64,000 bases of DNA from Patescibacteria group bacterium. Its GTDB lineage: Bacteria; Acidobacteriota; Polarisedimenticolia; JACPZX01; DASXTC01. Position 1 is the stretch's first letter. Each line of letters opens with the position of its first letter. The notes under the pieces were generated by a model, which was not told the DNA's origin, did no database searches, and saw only the letters and a list, made by a program, of their open reading frames with translations. Below, piece after piece: positions 9,646 to 18,096 of this stretch. Both the position numbers and the translations under genes were made by a program. Where the stretch lies: contig DASROJ010000117.1 in NCBI GenBank assembly GCA_035646975.1, forward strand, positions 389 through 64,388, read 5' to 3'.

Positions 9646-10479
9646 TCAATGTTTCGGAGGCACCTGCTTTTCACCGCCTCTCTCGGTGGAGAGCCGGGAG
9701 AGATGGGCTATCTGCTGGCGCGCGATGGTGGCGGCCTCCGTTCCCGGGTACGCCTCCGAGACCGTCTTGAAGTTGTCCAGGGCAAGATCACGCTGCTCGC
9801 GAGCGAGGTGGGCAAAACCTATCTTGAGGAAGGCGAAGGGGACCTGGTCACCAAACGGAAAGTTGTTCACGACCTTCTGGTATTCGATGATGGCCTCCTC
9901 GTACTTCCCCATCTGGAAATAGGACTCGCCGACGCCGAACTGAGCGTCATCGGCCATGGCGTCCTCGGGAAACCGCGTGACGAGCTGTTCGAACAGTGAG
10001 ACGGCGCCGGCGGGATCCTTCGCATCGAGCCTCTCGCGCGCGGAGCGCATCAACTGCGCCGGCTGCGAGGTTCGGGCGGCGGAGCTGCCGCCGGAGAACC
10101 TGGACGCGTCGGTGATCTGCTCGGAGTAGATCACGCGAGGAACATCATCCTTCACCGGGGTCGCGGCCGGTCCGCCGACAAACTGTCCCGATCCGGATCG
10201 GTCGCCGGCCCCCGCACCGGGCGGCTTCGCGCCCGAGGTCGACGGCGCGCCGCTCTCCTGCCGCATCTCCTGGCGGACTCGAGCCTCGGCAAGGTCTTTC
10301 CTGAGCTGGAAATTCTGCTGCTCGAGCTCTGCGACGCGCTTGCGAAGAGCCTCTGACGACTGCATGGTGGCGCATCCAGCGCAGGCAACAACGAGCGGAA
10401 AGGTCAGCGCGAACCAGATATCGAAAGCTCTGGTCTTGCGGGATGCCGAGGGGGGACCGGACCTGCCCGGAGAGTTCAT
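9646..10479 (-). CDS. Tol-Pal system protein YbgF/CpoB-like (coiled coil + TPR), lipoprotein
   Basis: N-terminal LVVACAGC lipobox-like segment. Coiled coil RKRVAELEQQNFQLRKDLAEARVRQE. C-terminal TPR region YFQMGKYEEAIIEYQKVVNNFP. Confidence 0.6.
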   Translation of the reverse strand: MNSPGRSGPPSASRKTRAFDIWFALTFPLVVACAGCATMQSSEALRKRVAELEQQNFQLRKDLAEARVRQEMRQESGAPSTSGAKPPGAGAGDRSGSGQFVGGPAATPVKDDVPRVIYSEQITDASRFSGGSSAARTSQPAQLMRSARERLDAKDPAGAVSLFEQLVTRFPEDAMADDAQFGVGESYFQMGKYEEAIIEYQKVVNNFPFGDQVPFAFLKIGFAHLAREQRDLALDNFKTVSEAYPGTEAATIARQQIAHLSRLSTERGGEKQVPPKH

Positions 10480-10548
10480 CGCAGCCGATCATAGCCATCG
10501 TCTCCCGGCATGTCAACGCGAAGCCCGGCGGCGGCCCTCCGATGCATC

Positions 10549-11133
10549 TCATCGTGCGAAGAAGCTCAGCGCGGTGCGTCCGTAGACCACGGTCCGAACG
10601 GCGGCGAGCCCCTCGGCACCGGGCGGGCGCGACTGCGACTCGTGTTCGGCGATCAGCATCGTGCCCGGGCTCATCACATCCGCAGCCGAGATCGTCCGGA
10701 TCGCGCTGGCCAGCCCGCCTCCCGCATACGGTGGGTCGAGATAAATGATGTCAAATCGCCGATTCTCCGCCTCCAGCATCGGGATCGCTTCGGCGAGTTC
10801 ACCAACGATGACGCGCGATATCGTGTACCCGGAGTCGACGAGCTCGATGTTGCGCCGGAGATGGATGGCTATCGCGCGATTCTGTTCGACGAACGTCACG
10901 CCGGCAGCGCCTCGGCTCAGCGCCTCGATCCCGACGGCCCCGGTGCCAGCGCAGGCGTCCAGAAACATCGCGCCGAGCACACGTTCTCCGAGGATATCGT
11001 AGAGCGCTTCGCGCACCTTGTCGGCGGTGGGGCGGACAAGTTCCCCGGGCGGCACGTAAAGTTTGCGTCCCCGGAACGCTCCGCCGATCACCCGCAGCTT
11101 TCCTGCATCGCGCTTCCTGGGAGTCATGACCAT
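10549..11133 (-). CDS. rsmD: 16S rRNA (guanine966-N2)-methyltransferase
   Basis: Translation RVIGGAFRGRKLYVPPGELVRPTADKVREALYDILG...DACAGTGAVGIEALSRGA...YLDPPY. ATG at 11133 checked. The longer ORF upstream runs through the 15-bp repeat and is not credible. Confidence 0.8.
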   Translation of the reverse strand: MVMTPRKRDAGKLRVIGGAFRGRKLYVPPGELVRPTADKVREALYDILGERVLGAMFLDACAGTGAVGIEALSRGAAGVTFVEQNRAIAIHLRRNIELVDSGYTISRVIVGELAEAIPMLEAENRRFDIIYLDPPYAGGGLASAIRTISAADVMSPGTMLIAEHESQSRPPGAEGLAAVRTVVYGRTALSFFAR

Positions 11134-11325
11134 CGGCGCCACTCTACCACCCCACCAGTTTGCGGAAAACCCACGTCCGGCGCGTTGATTCGGCCGATCG
11201 GCTCTGATATGATGCTTTCGCCATCCCAGTGCCTGATTGCTGCGGCAACTTCGTATCCAACCTGCTCCACCTTCCCGGTCGGGCTGGTCGTTGCATCGAG
11301 CGACATCGGTCGCCCCGGAGTCCTT

Positions 11326-11385
11326 TTTGTCTCGACCCGTCTTGTCTCGACCCATCTTGTCTCGACCCATCTTGTCTCAATCCAT
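11326..11385. repeat. tandem 15-bp repeat x4 (CTTGTCTCGACCCAT consensus)
   Basis: Copies at 11327-11340, 11341-11355, 11356-11370 and 11371-11385 (the last degenerate), in the rsmD / flavin-reductase divergent intergenic region. Confidence 0.8.
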
Positions 11386-11421
11386 TACCGGTCCTCCACG
11401 CGCCAGGCGCCCGGCGGAGCC

Positions 11422-12009
11422 ATGACTCGACGAAAACCGGAAACCAAGGTGGATCTGCCCGTCGACAAGGAGAAGTGGCACCCGAGTCTGCTTGCCGGAC
11501 CCATCGTGCTGATCTCCACTCGCAGCAACCTGGGAGATCCGCACGCCGCGTCGAAGAGCTGGCTCACTATGGTTTGCTCCCGCCCGCCGATGCTCGCGTT
11601 TTGCTGCAAGCTGTCCCACCGCACGGCGATTAACGTCCTGGAAACGAGGGAGTGGGTGATGAACATCCCCGGCGAAGAGCTGGCGCCCCGCGTCTGGGCC
11701 GCGGGAGACTCGGTCAGCGCCGCGGCCGCCGAAGGCTCTGAGGTCGGCGGGTGGACATGGACGCAATCCTCGGTGATTTCAGCGCCGCGAATCCAGGAGT
11801 GCCGCGCTCATATCGAGTGCGTGCTCGATTCCACCAAGCGCTTCAATGCGGATGAAATGATCTTCTTCGGCAGGATCGTCGCCGCCTCGATCGACGAGTC
11901 GCTGACCAGGGGCTCGCCCGAGGAGCGATATCATGCGCTGCGCTCGCTGCTCTATTTGGAAGGGACCCTGTTCGGGGTCATTGATGGGGTGAAGAAACTT
12001 CCCACCTGA
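11422..12009 (+). CDS. flavin reductase-like (FMN-binding) domain protein
   Basis: ATG at 11422 checked. Translation GPIVLISTRSNLGDPHAASKSWLTMVCSRPPMLAFCC is flavin-reductase-like. Only the 3' 195 aa of the 499-aa ORF are credible. Confidence 0.6.
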   Translation: MTRRKPETKVDLPVDKEKWHPSLLAGPIVLISTRSNLGDPHAASKSWLTMVCSRPPMLAFCCKLSHRTAINVLETREWVMNIPGEELAPRVWAAGDSVSAAAAEGSEVGGWTWTQSSVISAPRIQECRAHIECVLDSTKRFNADEMIFFGRIVAASIDESLTRGSPEERYHALRSLLYLEGTLFGVIDGVKKLPT

Positions 12010-12047
12010 GCCGCGAGCCTGGCCGCATCACGGCCGGGACGGGCCTG

Positions 12048-13007
12048 TCACTCCTCCACATCGGTGTTGTACAGAAAGCGCGCCGTGATGCCTTCCGATT
12101 CCTTCGGGAAGTCGGATGGCAGCGGCGGCAGCGGGCTCGAGGCCTCCAGGGCGACCGTCGCGCAGGTATCGAACGCCGGCGTACCCGAGCCATCGAGAAT
12201 CGTGATGTCGGTGATCCGTCCATCTTTCCAGATGGTGAAGTGCACGGTCACGATCCCCTTGAGCCCCGCCCAGGCGGCAGGCGGCCATCCGCGGGTCCAG
12301 TTGGTCCAGATCACCCAGTAGATCTTTCGCGAGTACGGGCCCCAATCGAACCCGGGCGTGTCGAACGAAAGCCCCCCGAGAGGTCCGCTCAGCCCGCCGG
12401 TGGGGTTGTCGAACTTGAGCGGCGCTCCTCCGGACATTCCCACCGACATCCGGCCGAGCGCCTCTTTGAGCGTGCTGCCTTTCGCGCCCTTCGGATCGAA
12501 TCCGCGCTGCCCTCGCGGCGGAACCTGGAGCGGAGAGGTAACCGAGGAGTCTGCCGGTGTCTGCTCGCCCGAGCGGGCCTCGCTCTGCTGGTCCTCGTTG
12601 CCCTGCTGGGCGAGCGTGTCAGGTCGTGACGACTCGGCAGCACCGGCCGGGCCCGGATCGGGCGACGGACGAGCGCGCTCCGGCATCGGCGGCGCGACGA
12701 ACCGGTTCCTCGTGTTGCCGACTGAATAGGGATCCTGGTTCGTGGGCGGGGGCGCATCAGCCCGGCGGGGGTCGGAAGACTTCAAGTGCCCGGCATCGCC
12801 CAGCGCCGCCGAGGGAGGCGCGTCGGCTTTCGGCTGCCGCAGGAATTCGAGCGGGATGGGTGCGTTGGGATCGTCCGGCGTGAACAGCGAATGGCCATTC
12901 CATTTGAATGCGTCGGGGAACAACAGGACGAGGATGATGATGCAGGCATGCCCCAGCAGGCTGGCCAGCACCGCCTCACGGGTCGTGACGGGAGTTTGCT
13001 CGGACAT
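12048..13007 (-). CDS. TonB family protein (TM anchor, Pro-rich linker, TonB-C domain)
   Basis: N-terminal TM segment LASLLGHACIIILVLLF. Pro-rich middle. C-terminus GIVTVHFTIWKDGRITDITILDGSGTPAFDTCATVAL. Confidence 0.6.
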   Translation of the reverse strand: MSEQTPVTTREAVLASLLGHACIIILVLLFPDAFKWNGHSLFTPDDPNAPIPLEFLRQPKADAPPSAALGDAGHLKSSDPRRADAPPPTNQDPYSVGNTRNRFVAPPMPERARPSPDPGPAGAAESSRPDTLAQQGNEDQQSEARSGEQTPADSSVTSPLQVPPRGQRGFDPKGAKGSTLKEALGRMSVGMSGGAPLKFDNPTGGLSGPLGGLSFDTPGFDWGPYSRKIYWVIWTNWTRGWPPAAWAGLKGIVTVHFTIWKDGRITDITILDGSGTPAFDTCATVALEASSPLPPLPSDFPKESEGITARFLYNTDVEE

Positions 13008-13038
13008 CCTTTTCTCACGCGCCGGGAGACAGCGGCAA

Positions 13039-14148
13039 TCAGATTCTGCAGGCCGCCGCGTGGAAACCGCGCCGGAGGCTCAGCATGTCGACGGTGTCCG
13101 AGACCCTTGGATGCACCCGATTCGTCAGCAGGACATAAATCCGGGGACGCACCGTGTCCATCCATACCGATGTGCCCGTGAAGCCGTTGTGACCGATGGT
13201 CTCCACCGGCAGATCGGCCCCTGCGGCCGTCTCCCCTCGGGAGGCGATCCTGAAGGCAAGCGATCGGGCTTCATTCAAGCCTGCGGTGCAATCGTTCGTG
13301 GCCTGTTCGATCGACGTTTCATCCAGCAGGCCGTTGGAGGCTTCCGCGCGTGCACCGAGATACTCCGTCGCGATGGCCACCGTGTCGCGCGCGGTGGAAA
13401 ACAACCCCGCGTTGCCGGCCACTCCGCCGAGAACCCAGGCGTTCTGGTCGTGCACCTGGCCGCGAATCACGCCTTCTCGAAACCCGCCGTAACCAGCGGC
13501 CGCCGGGCCCGCAAGCTTTCTCTCATACTCGCACGAATCCTCGGTGGCCGCCACCCGACCTTGCCACGACAGGGGTGGATTGAAGCTCGTGTTCTTCAGC
13601 GCCAGCGGGCCGAATATCACTTCGGATGCCAGGCGATCCAGGGGCACCGAGGCCGCACGATGCAGGATTTCGCCCAGCATGACGTAACCGGCGCAGGAGT
13701 ATTCCACCCGTGTCCCCGGGCGCGATTCGGGAGGCCGCTCCCGGAGCTGCGCAAGGTATTCCCCGACGGTGGAACCCTTCAGGTAGAACGGCACCCATGC
13801 GGGCATCCCCGATGTGTGCGTGAGAAGATGGCGCAAGGTGATTTCCCTCTTGTCCATCCGATCGATCTCCGGCAGGAATCTCCAGGCCGGGTCGTCCTCC
13901 GAAAGCCCGAGCTGGTTTCGAAGAGCGAGGTAGAGAAACGAGGTCACGAGCGGCTTGGTGAGCGAGGCGAGGTCGTAAATCGTCTCCAGGCTCGCGGGCG
14001 TGTCCCACGGCCTGACCGAAGCGCGGCCCACCGCTCCTTCCGAAATCATTCCGGAGGCACCGGCGACGGCCCATGCCGCTCCCGGGATATCCCCCGCTTC
14101 CACCCGTGAGCGGAGGAACTCCTCGACCGCCGGGACGCCCAGGCTCAA
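13039..14148 (-). CDS. serine hydrolase, beta-lactamase/esterase family
   Basis: SxxK motif in IYDLASLTKPLVTSFLYLAL. TTG start at 14148 overlaps the stop of the upstream oxidoreductase (TTGA). Confidence 0.7.
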   Translation of the reverse strand: MSLGVPAVEEFLRSRVEAGDIPGAAWAVAGASGMISEGAVGRASVRPWDTPASLETIYDLASLTKPLVTSFLYLALRNQLGLSEDDPAWRFLPEIDRMDKREITLRHLLTHTSGMPAWVPFYLKGSTVGEYLAQLRERPPESRPGTRVEYSCAGYVMLGEILHRAASVPLDRLASEVIFGPLALKNTSFNPPLSWQGRVAATEDSCEYERKLAGPAAAGYGGFREGVIRGQVHDQNAWVLGGVAGNAGLFSTARDTVAIATEYLGARAEASNGLLDETSIEQATNDCTAGLNEARSLAFRIASRGETAAGADLPVETIGHNGFTGTSVWMDTVRPRIYVLLTNRVHPRVSDTVDMLSLRRGFHAAACRI

Positions 14149-15125
14149 CGCAAATCCTCCCGCTGGGCTTCACGGATCCTCCCGGCCACCGACAGTGCCA
14201 CCTCGAGGGCCCTGGCACCCGCCTCACCCGTGACCGGGAATGGGGCTTGTCCGCGGACCGATCGTGTGAACGCATCGAGCTCGCGGCGCAGCGGCTCATC
14301 CGGCGAGATTTCCACCTGCTCATGGACGATGCTGGGGCGCGACGACGGCGCCGAACGCTCGAGCCGATACTGCTCCAGCGTCCGGTCGGCGCAGTCACAG
14401 GACAGGTAGCTGTCGCGCTGGAACACACGGATCTTGCGGGTGCGCGCGGCGCTGATGCGACTCGCGGTGAGGTTCGCCACGCACCCTGATTCGAACGTGA
14501 TGCGGGCATTGGCGATGTCGACCTTCGGCGTCAGCGCGGCAACGCCGACCGCCTCCACCGAGCGCACCGGGCTGTTGACGAGATTCAGTGCGATGTCGAT
14601 GTCATGGATCATCAGATCGAGTACCACGTCGATGTCGAGGCTGCGCGGCGCAAAGGACCCGAGCCGATGGGCCTCGATGAATCGCGGCTCGCGAGCCCGG
14701 CCGGCCAGGGCTTCCACGGCGGGATTGAATCGCTCGGTGTGCCCGACGCCGAGAAGCGCCCCCGAGCGCCGCGCTGCCTCGATCAGCAGCTGGGCCTCGG
14801 CCAGGCCCGACGCGATCGGTTTTTCCACCAGCACGGCGACGCCGGCGGCGAGAAACGCGCCCGCCACTTCCGCGTGCGCTTCCGTCGGCACGGCGACGGA
14901 AACGGCGTCCGGACGCGGCAGAGAGCCGTCGAGCAGGCTGCGATACCCTTCGAGGGGTTCCACGCCGTGCCGGAGAGCCACATCGCGGGCGCGCGCGATG
15001 TCTGTGTCGGCCACCGCGAGCAGCTGGCATCCATCCAGGCTGGAATAAATGCGCGCGTGATGTTGACCGAGATGCCCGACCCCGATGACCGCGACCTTCA
15101 ACGGGCGGTCCTGGCGCGACATCAT
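14145..15125 (-). CDS. Gfo/Idh/MocA family NAD(P)-dependent oxidoreductase (GnnA-like context)
   Basis: Rossmann N-terminus KVAVIGVGHLGQHHARIY. EKP motif LVEKPIASGLAEAQ. ATG at 15125 overlaps the lpxA stop at 15122-15124 (ATGA), indicating translational coupling. Confidence 0.8.
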   Translation of the reverse strand: MMSRQDRPLKVAVIGVGHLGQHHARIYSSLDGCQLLAVADTDIARARDVALRHGVEPLEGYRSLLDGSLPRPDAVSVAVPTEAHAEVAGAFLAAGVAVLVEKPIASGLAEAQLLIEAARRSGALLGVGHTERFNPAVEALAGRAREPRFIEAHRLGSFAPRSLDIDVVLDLMIHDIDIALNLVNSPVRSVEAVGVAALTPKVDIANARITFESGCVANLTASRISAARTRKIRVFQRDSYLSCDCADRTLEQYRLERSAPSSRPSIVHEQVEISPDEPLRRELDAFTRSVRGQAPFPVTGEAGARALEVALSVAGRIREAQREDLR

Positions 15126-15907
15126 TTGACGATGCCGCGCGTGGAGGACTTGATGAACGCGACCAGATAACGGCACTCTTCGTGTTCCGGGAGCTCCGCC
15201 TCGATCCGCTCGATTGCCTGTCCGGTGTTCAATTTCGACTGGAACAGAATGCGGTACGCCTTCTTGAGGGCCTGAATGGTGTCCGGGGAAAATCCTTTTC
15301 GCTCCAGCCCGATCGTGTTGATCCCGAACACCTCGGCGCGGTTGCCCACGGTCTTGACGAACGGCAGCGCGTCCTGCGTCACCACCGTGTACCCGCCGAT
15401 GAAGGCATCGCGCCCCACCCGGCAGAACTGATGCACGCCTGAATAGGCTCCCACCGTGGCGCCATCCTCCACCACGACATGGCCGGCCAGCGTCGCCGCG
15501 TTGGCGAAGATGGTGTGGCTGCCCACCTGACAGTCGTGCCCGATGTGCGCGTAGGCCATGAAGAAGTTCGACGCGCCGATGGATGTGACACCGCCTCCGC
15601 CGGCAGTGCCCCGGTTAATCGTGACGAATTCGCGAAAGGTGTTGTCGGGACCGATGGTCAGCCGGGTCGGCTCTCCCTGGTACTTGAGATCCTGCGGATC
15701 GGAGCCGATCGAGGCAAAGGGATGGATGCGGCACCGCGCTCCTATCCCCGTGGGGCCTTCCAGCACGGCATGCGAGCCGACGCTGCAGCCCTGGCCGAGG
15801 GTCACCTGCGGCCCGATCACCGCATAAGGCCCCACCGTCACGTCGTCTGCCAGAACAGCCTCGGGCGAAATGATGGATGTGGGATGTCTGGCCGCGGTCA
15901 CGGTCAC
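15122..15907 (-). CDS. lpxA: acyl-ACP--UDP-N-acetylglucosamine O-acyltransferase
   Basis: Hexapeptide repeats and HPTSIISPEAVLADDVTVGPYAVIGPQV. GTG at 15907 overlaps the fabZ stop (GTGA). A start at 15901 is also possible. Confidence 0.9.
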   Translation of the reverse strand: MTVTAARHPTSIISPEAVLADDVTVGPYAVIGPQVTLGQGCSVGSHAVLEGPTGIGARCRIHPFASIGSDPQDLKYQGEPTRLTIGPDNTFREFVTINRGTAGGGGVTSIGASNFFMAYAHIGHDCQVGSHTIFANAATLAGHVVVEDGATVGAYSGVHQFCRVGRDAFIGGYTVVTQDALPFVKTVGNRAEVFGINTIGLERKGFSPDTIQALKKAYRILFQSKLNTGQAIERIEAELPEHEECRYLVAFIKSSTRGIVK

Positions 15908-16374
15908 GCGCCTCCTGCATCCGGAGAGGAGCTGCCGGCGCCACGAGCGCTCGTCATCGCGGAGAGGATCTCCGCTTCGGCGACCAGCTGGCCATCCACG
16001 TAGGCCTCGCCCCACATGCGGCAGACCTGTGACTTGAGCCGCAGGACTTTCAGCTCGTAGCGTATCTGGTCACCGGGGACCACCGGCCGTCGGAACCTGC
16101 ACTTGTCGATGCCGGTGAAGTAGATCAGCTTGTCTTTGCGGTCGGGCATCGACGAGAGCAGCAGGGCAGCGCCGACCTGCGCCATCCCCTCCACGATCAG
16201 GACTCCGGGCATGATCGGGATGCCCGGGAAATGACCCTGGAAAAAAGGCTCGTTGCCGCTGACGTTCTTGACCCCCACGGCCCGGGAATTCGTCTCGATC
16301 TCGAGAATCCGATCCACCAGGAGGAACGGGTACCGGTGTGGCAGGATGTCCAGGATTTCTCTCATCTCCAGCAC
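15904..16374 (-). CDS. fabZ: 3-hydroxyacyl-ACP dehydratase
   Basis: Translation ILPHRYPFLLVDRILE...HFPGIPIMPGVLIVEGMAQ. Confidence 0.9.
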   Translation of the reverse strand: MLEMREILDILPHRYPFLLVDRILEIETNSRAVGVKNVSGNEPFFQGHFPGIPIMPGVLIVEGMAQVGAALLLSSMPDRKDKLIYFTGIDKCRFRRPVVPGDQIRYELKVLRLKSQVCRMWGEAYVDGQLVAEAEILSAMTSARGAGSSSPDAGGA

Positions 16375-16377
16375 GTG

Positions 16378-17415
16378 TCAGGCCTCCTTGTCCGGGTCGC
16401 CGCGCGCCGCTTCCAATCGCATCAGACGGCGCCTCAGTTCGGGCAGTCGCGCGAAGACCGCCATGGCGCGCTTCCAAAGACCGGCCTCGATCGCGGGGTG
16501 ACCGATGACGAACGCCCCGGCGGCGATGTCGTGAGTGACCGCCGACTTGGCTCCCACGATGACGCCATCGCCGATTTCGACGTGGCCCACCGCGCCTGAC
16601 TGGCCGGCAAACGTGACCCCCTTTCCGATCCGCGTGCTGCCGCTGATCCCCACCTGCGCGACCAGCAGGCTGTCCTCGCCGATCTGGACGTTATGACCGA
16701 TCTGCACCAGGTTGTCGATCTTCGTCCCTCTGCCGATCACCGTGCTTCCGAAAGTCGCGCGGTCCACCGTGACATTGGCGCCTATCTCGACGTCGTCCCC
16801 GATCACGACGTTGCCAACCTGCGGAATCTTCCGGTGCCGGCCGCCATCCCGCGCAAAGCCGAACCCGTCGCTGCCGATTACCGCACCGGCGTGAATGATG
16901 ACACGCCGGCCAATCACGCACCCCTGGTAGACGACCACGTTCGGATGAAGCAGCGTGTCCTCTCCCAGGCTGACCCCATCGCCAACCATGACGCCGGACA
17001 TCAGCACCGCGCGATCTCCGATGACGCAGCCCGATCCGATCACGGCGCCCGGCATCACGGTGATGTCCGTCCCCATCGTGCAGTTCCCGGCGACGACCGA
17101 CAACGGGCTCACCCCCGGTGGAGGACGCTTCGCCGGGTGGAAGATCTCGAGCAGCGCGGCCAGCGCGACATAGGGGTCGGCCACCACGAGCACTGTTTTT
17201 CCGGCCAGCTCGACGCCGGGACCGACCACGACGGCGGCCGCGCGGGTCGCGCGGGCCTCCGTCAGGTACCGGGGGTTCGCCAGAAAGGTGAGATCTCCGG
17301 GCCCCGCGGTCTGGAGCGGCGCGATGCCGTCGATCGGGAGGTCCGGTTCTCCATGCACCACTCCGCCGAGTCGAGCGGCGAGATTCGCCAGTGTATGCCC
17401 GGACTCATGCTTCAT
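16378..17415 (-). CDS. lpxD: UDP-3-O-(3-hydroxyacyl)glucosamine N-acyltransferase
   Basis: 345 aa of left-handed beta-helix hexapeptide repeats, with an LpxD-type N-terminus ([26 protein letters not shown]). Confidence 0.9.
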   Translation of the reverse strand: MKHESGHTLANLAARLGGVVHGEPDLPIDGIAPLQTAGPGDLTFLANPRYLTEARATRAAAVVVGPGVELAGKTVLVVADPYVALAALLEIFHPAKRPPPGVSPLSVVAGNCTMGTDITVMPGAVIGSGCVIGDRAVLMSGVMVGDGVSLGEDTLLHPNVVVYQGCVIGRRVIIHAGAVIGSDGFGFARDGGRHRKIPQVGNVVIGDDVEIGANVTVDRATFGSTVIGRGTKIDNLVQIGHNVQIGEDSLLVAQVGISGSTRIGKGVTFAGQSGAVGHVEIGDGVIVGAKSAVTHDIAAGAFVIGHPAIEAGLWKRAMAVFARLPELRRRLMRLEAARGDPDKEA

Positions 17416-17424
17416 CGGGACTCG

Positions 17425-17982
17425 TCAGGGACCCGGCGGCGCCGCCGCGGGCTGCGTGGACGCGTTGAACCGGACCAGTAGCTCATCGGTGATGTCGACC
17501 GCTCCCGCCGCATAGTACATCGTGTTCTTCTCGAGGATGACCGTGAACCCCTTCTCGGGTCCGTATTTCATGATCACGTCCCGGAACATGCCGATCAGCC
17601 TCGCCTGCGCCCGGTTGGCGGCATCCTGGAACTCCGCTGTCGCATCGTCGTTGAGTCGCTCGTACTCCACGCGTTTGCGCTTGAGCTGGCGCGAGATTTC
17701 GTCCCGCTTGTCCTCGCTCAGACTGAGCTGCGCATTCAGGAGCTGATCCTGCAAACCCTTGATCTCCTTTTCCTTGGCGTCGATGGCGGCCGCCTTGGAG
17801 TTTCGGAGCTTTTCGAGGTCCGCCTTGAGCCGCTTCCCCTCTCCGCTTTCATTGAGAACCTTGTCCTGGTTCACCACGCCGATTTTCACCGGCGCGGCCG
17901 CGGTCTGGGCAATCGCCGTGGCGGGCCCCGGACCCGGGCACAGTAGCAGCAATCCGAGCAACGGGAATACCGTTCTTCTCAC
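17425..17982 (-). CDS. skp: periplasmic chaperone Skp/OmpH
   Basis: Signal peptide plus a coiled-coil OmpH domain (KIGVVNQDKVLNESGEGKRLKADLEKL). Canonical position between bamA and lpxD. Confidence 0.8.
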   Translation of the reverse strand: MRRTVFPLLGLLLLCPGPGPATAIAQTAAAPVKIGVVNQDKVLNESGEGKRLKADLEKLRNSKAAAIDAKEKEIKGLQDQLLNAQLSLSEDKRDEISRQLKRKRVEYERLNDDATAEFQDAANRAQARLIGMFRDVIMKYGPEKGFTVILEKNTMYYAAGAVDITDELLVRFNASTQPAAAPPGP

Positions 17983-18096
17983 TCTTGTGACTCCTTCGTA
18001 AGCGTCGGTGTTGGTGGATGACCTTGCCCTGGCAACTCCGCCGGTCAGGATCCTGGCCGAACGCGCCCCGATTGTAGCGCGTTCCGGCTTCGCAGG

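Noticed and set aside
11326-11385. Tandem repeats considered as a possible CRISPR array. The same was considered for 59663-59728.
   Set aside because: The units are contiguous with no spacers, there are only 3-4 copies, and no cas genes are nearby.
10510-11421. 5' two-thirds of the 499-aa plus ORF 10510-12009
   Set aside because: It overlaps rsmD antisense and runs through the 15-bp repeat. Only the segment from ATG 11422 has flavin-reductase-like sequence.
12742-14109. 455-aa plus ORF antisense to the serine hydrolase
   Set aside because: No motifs and a Gly/Arg-rich composition. The opposite strand encodes an SxxK hydrolase.
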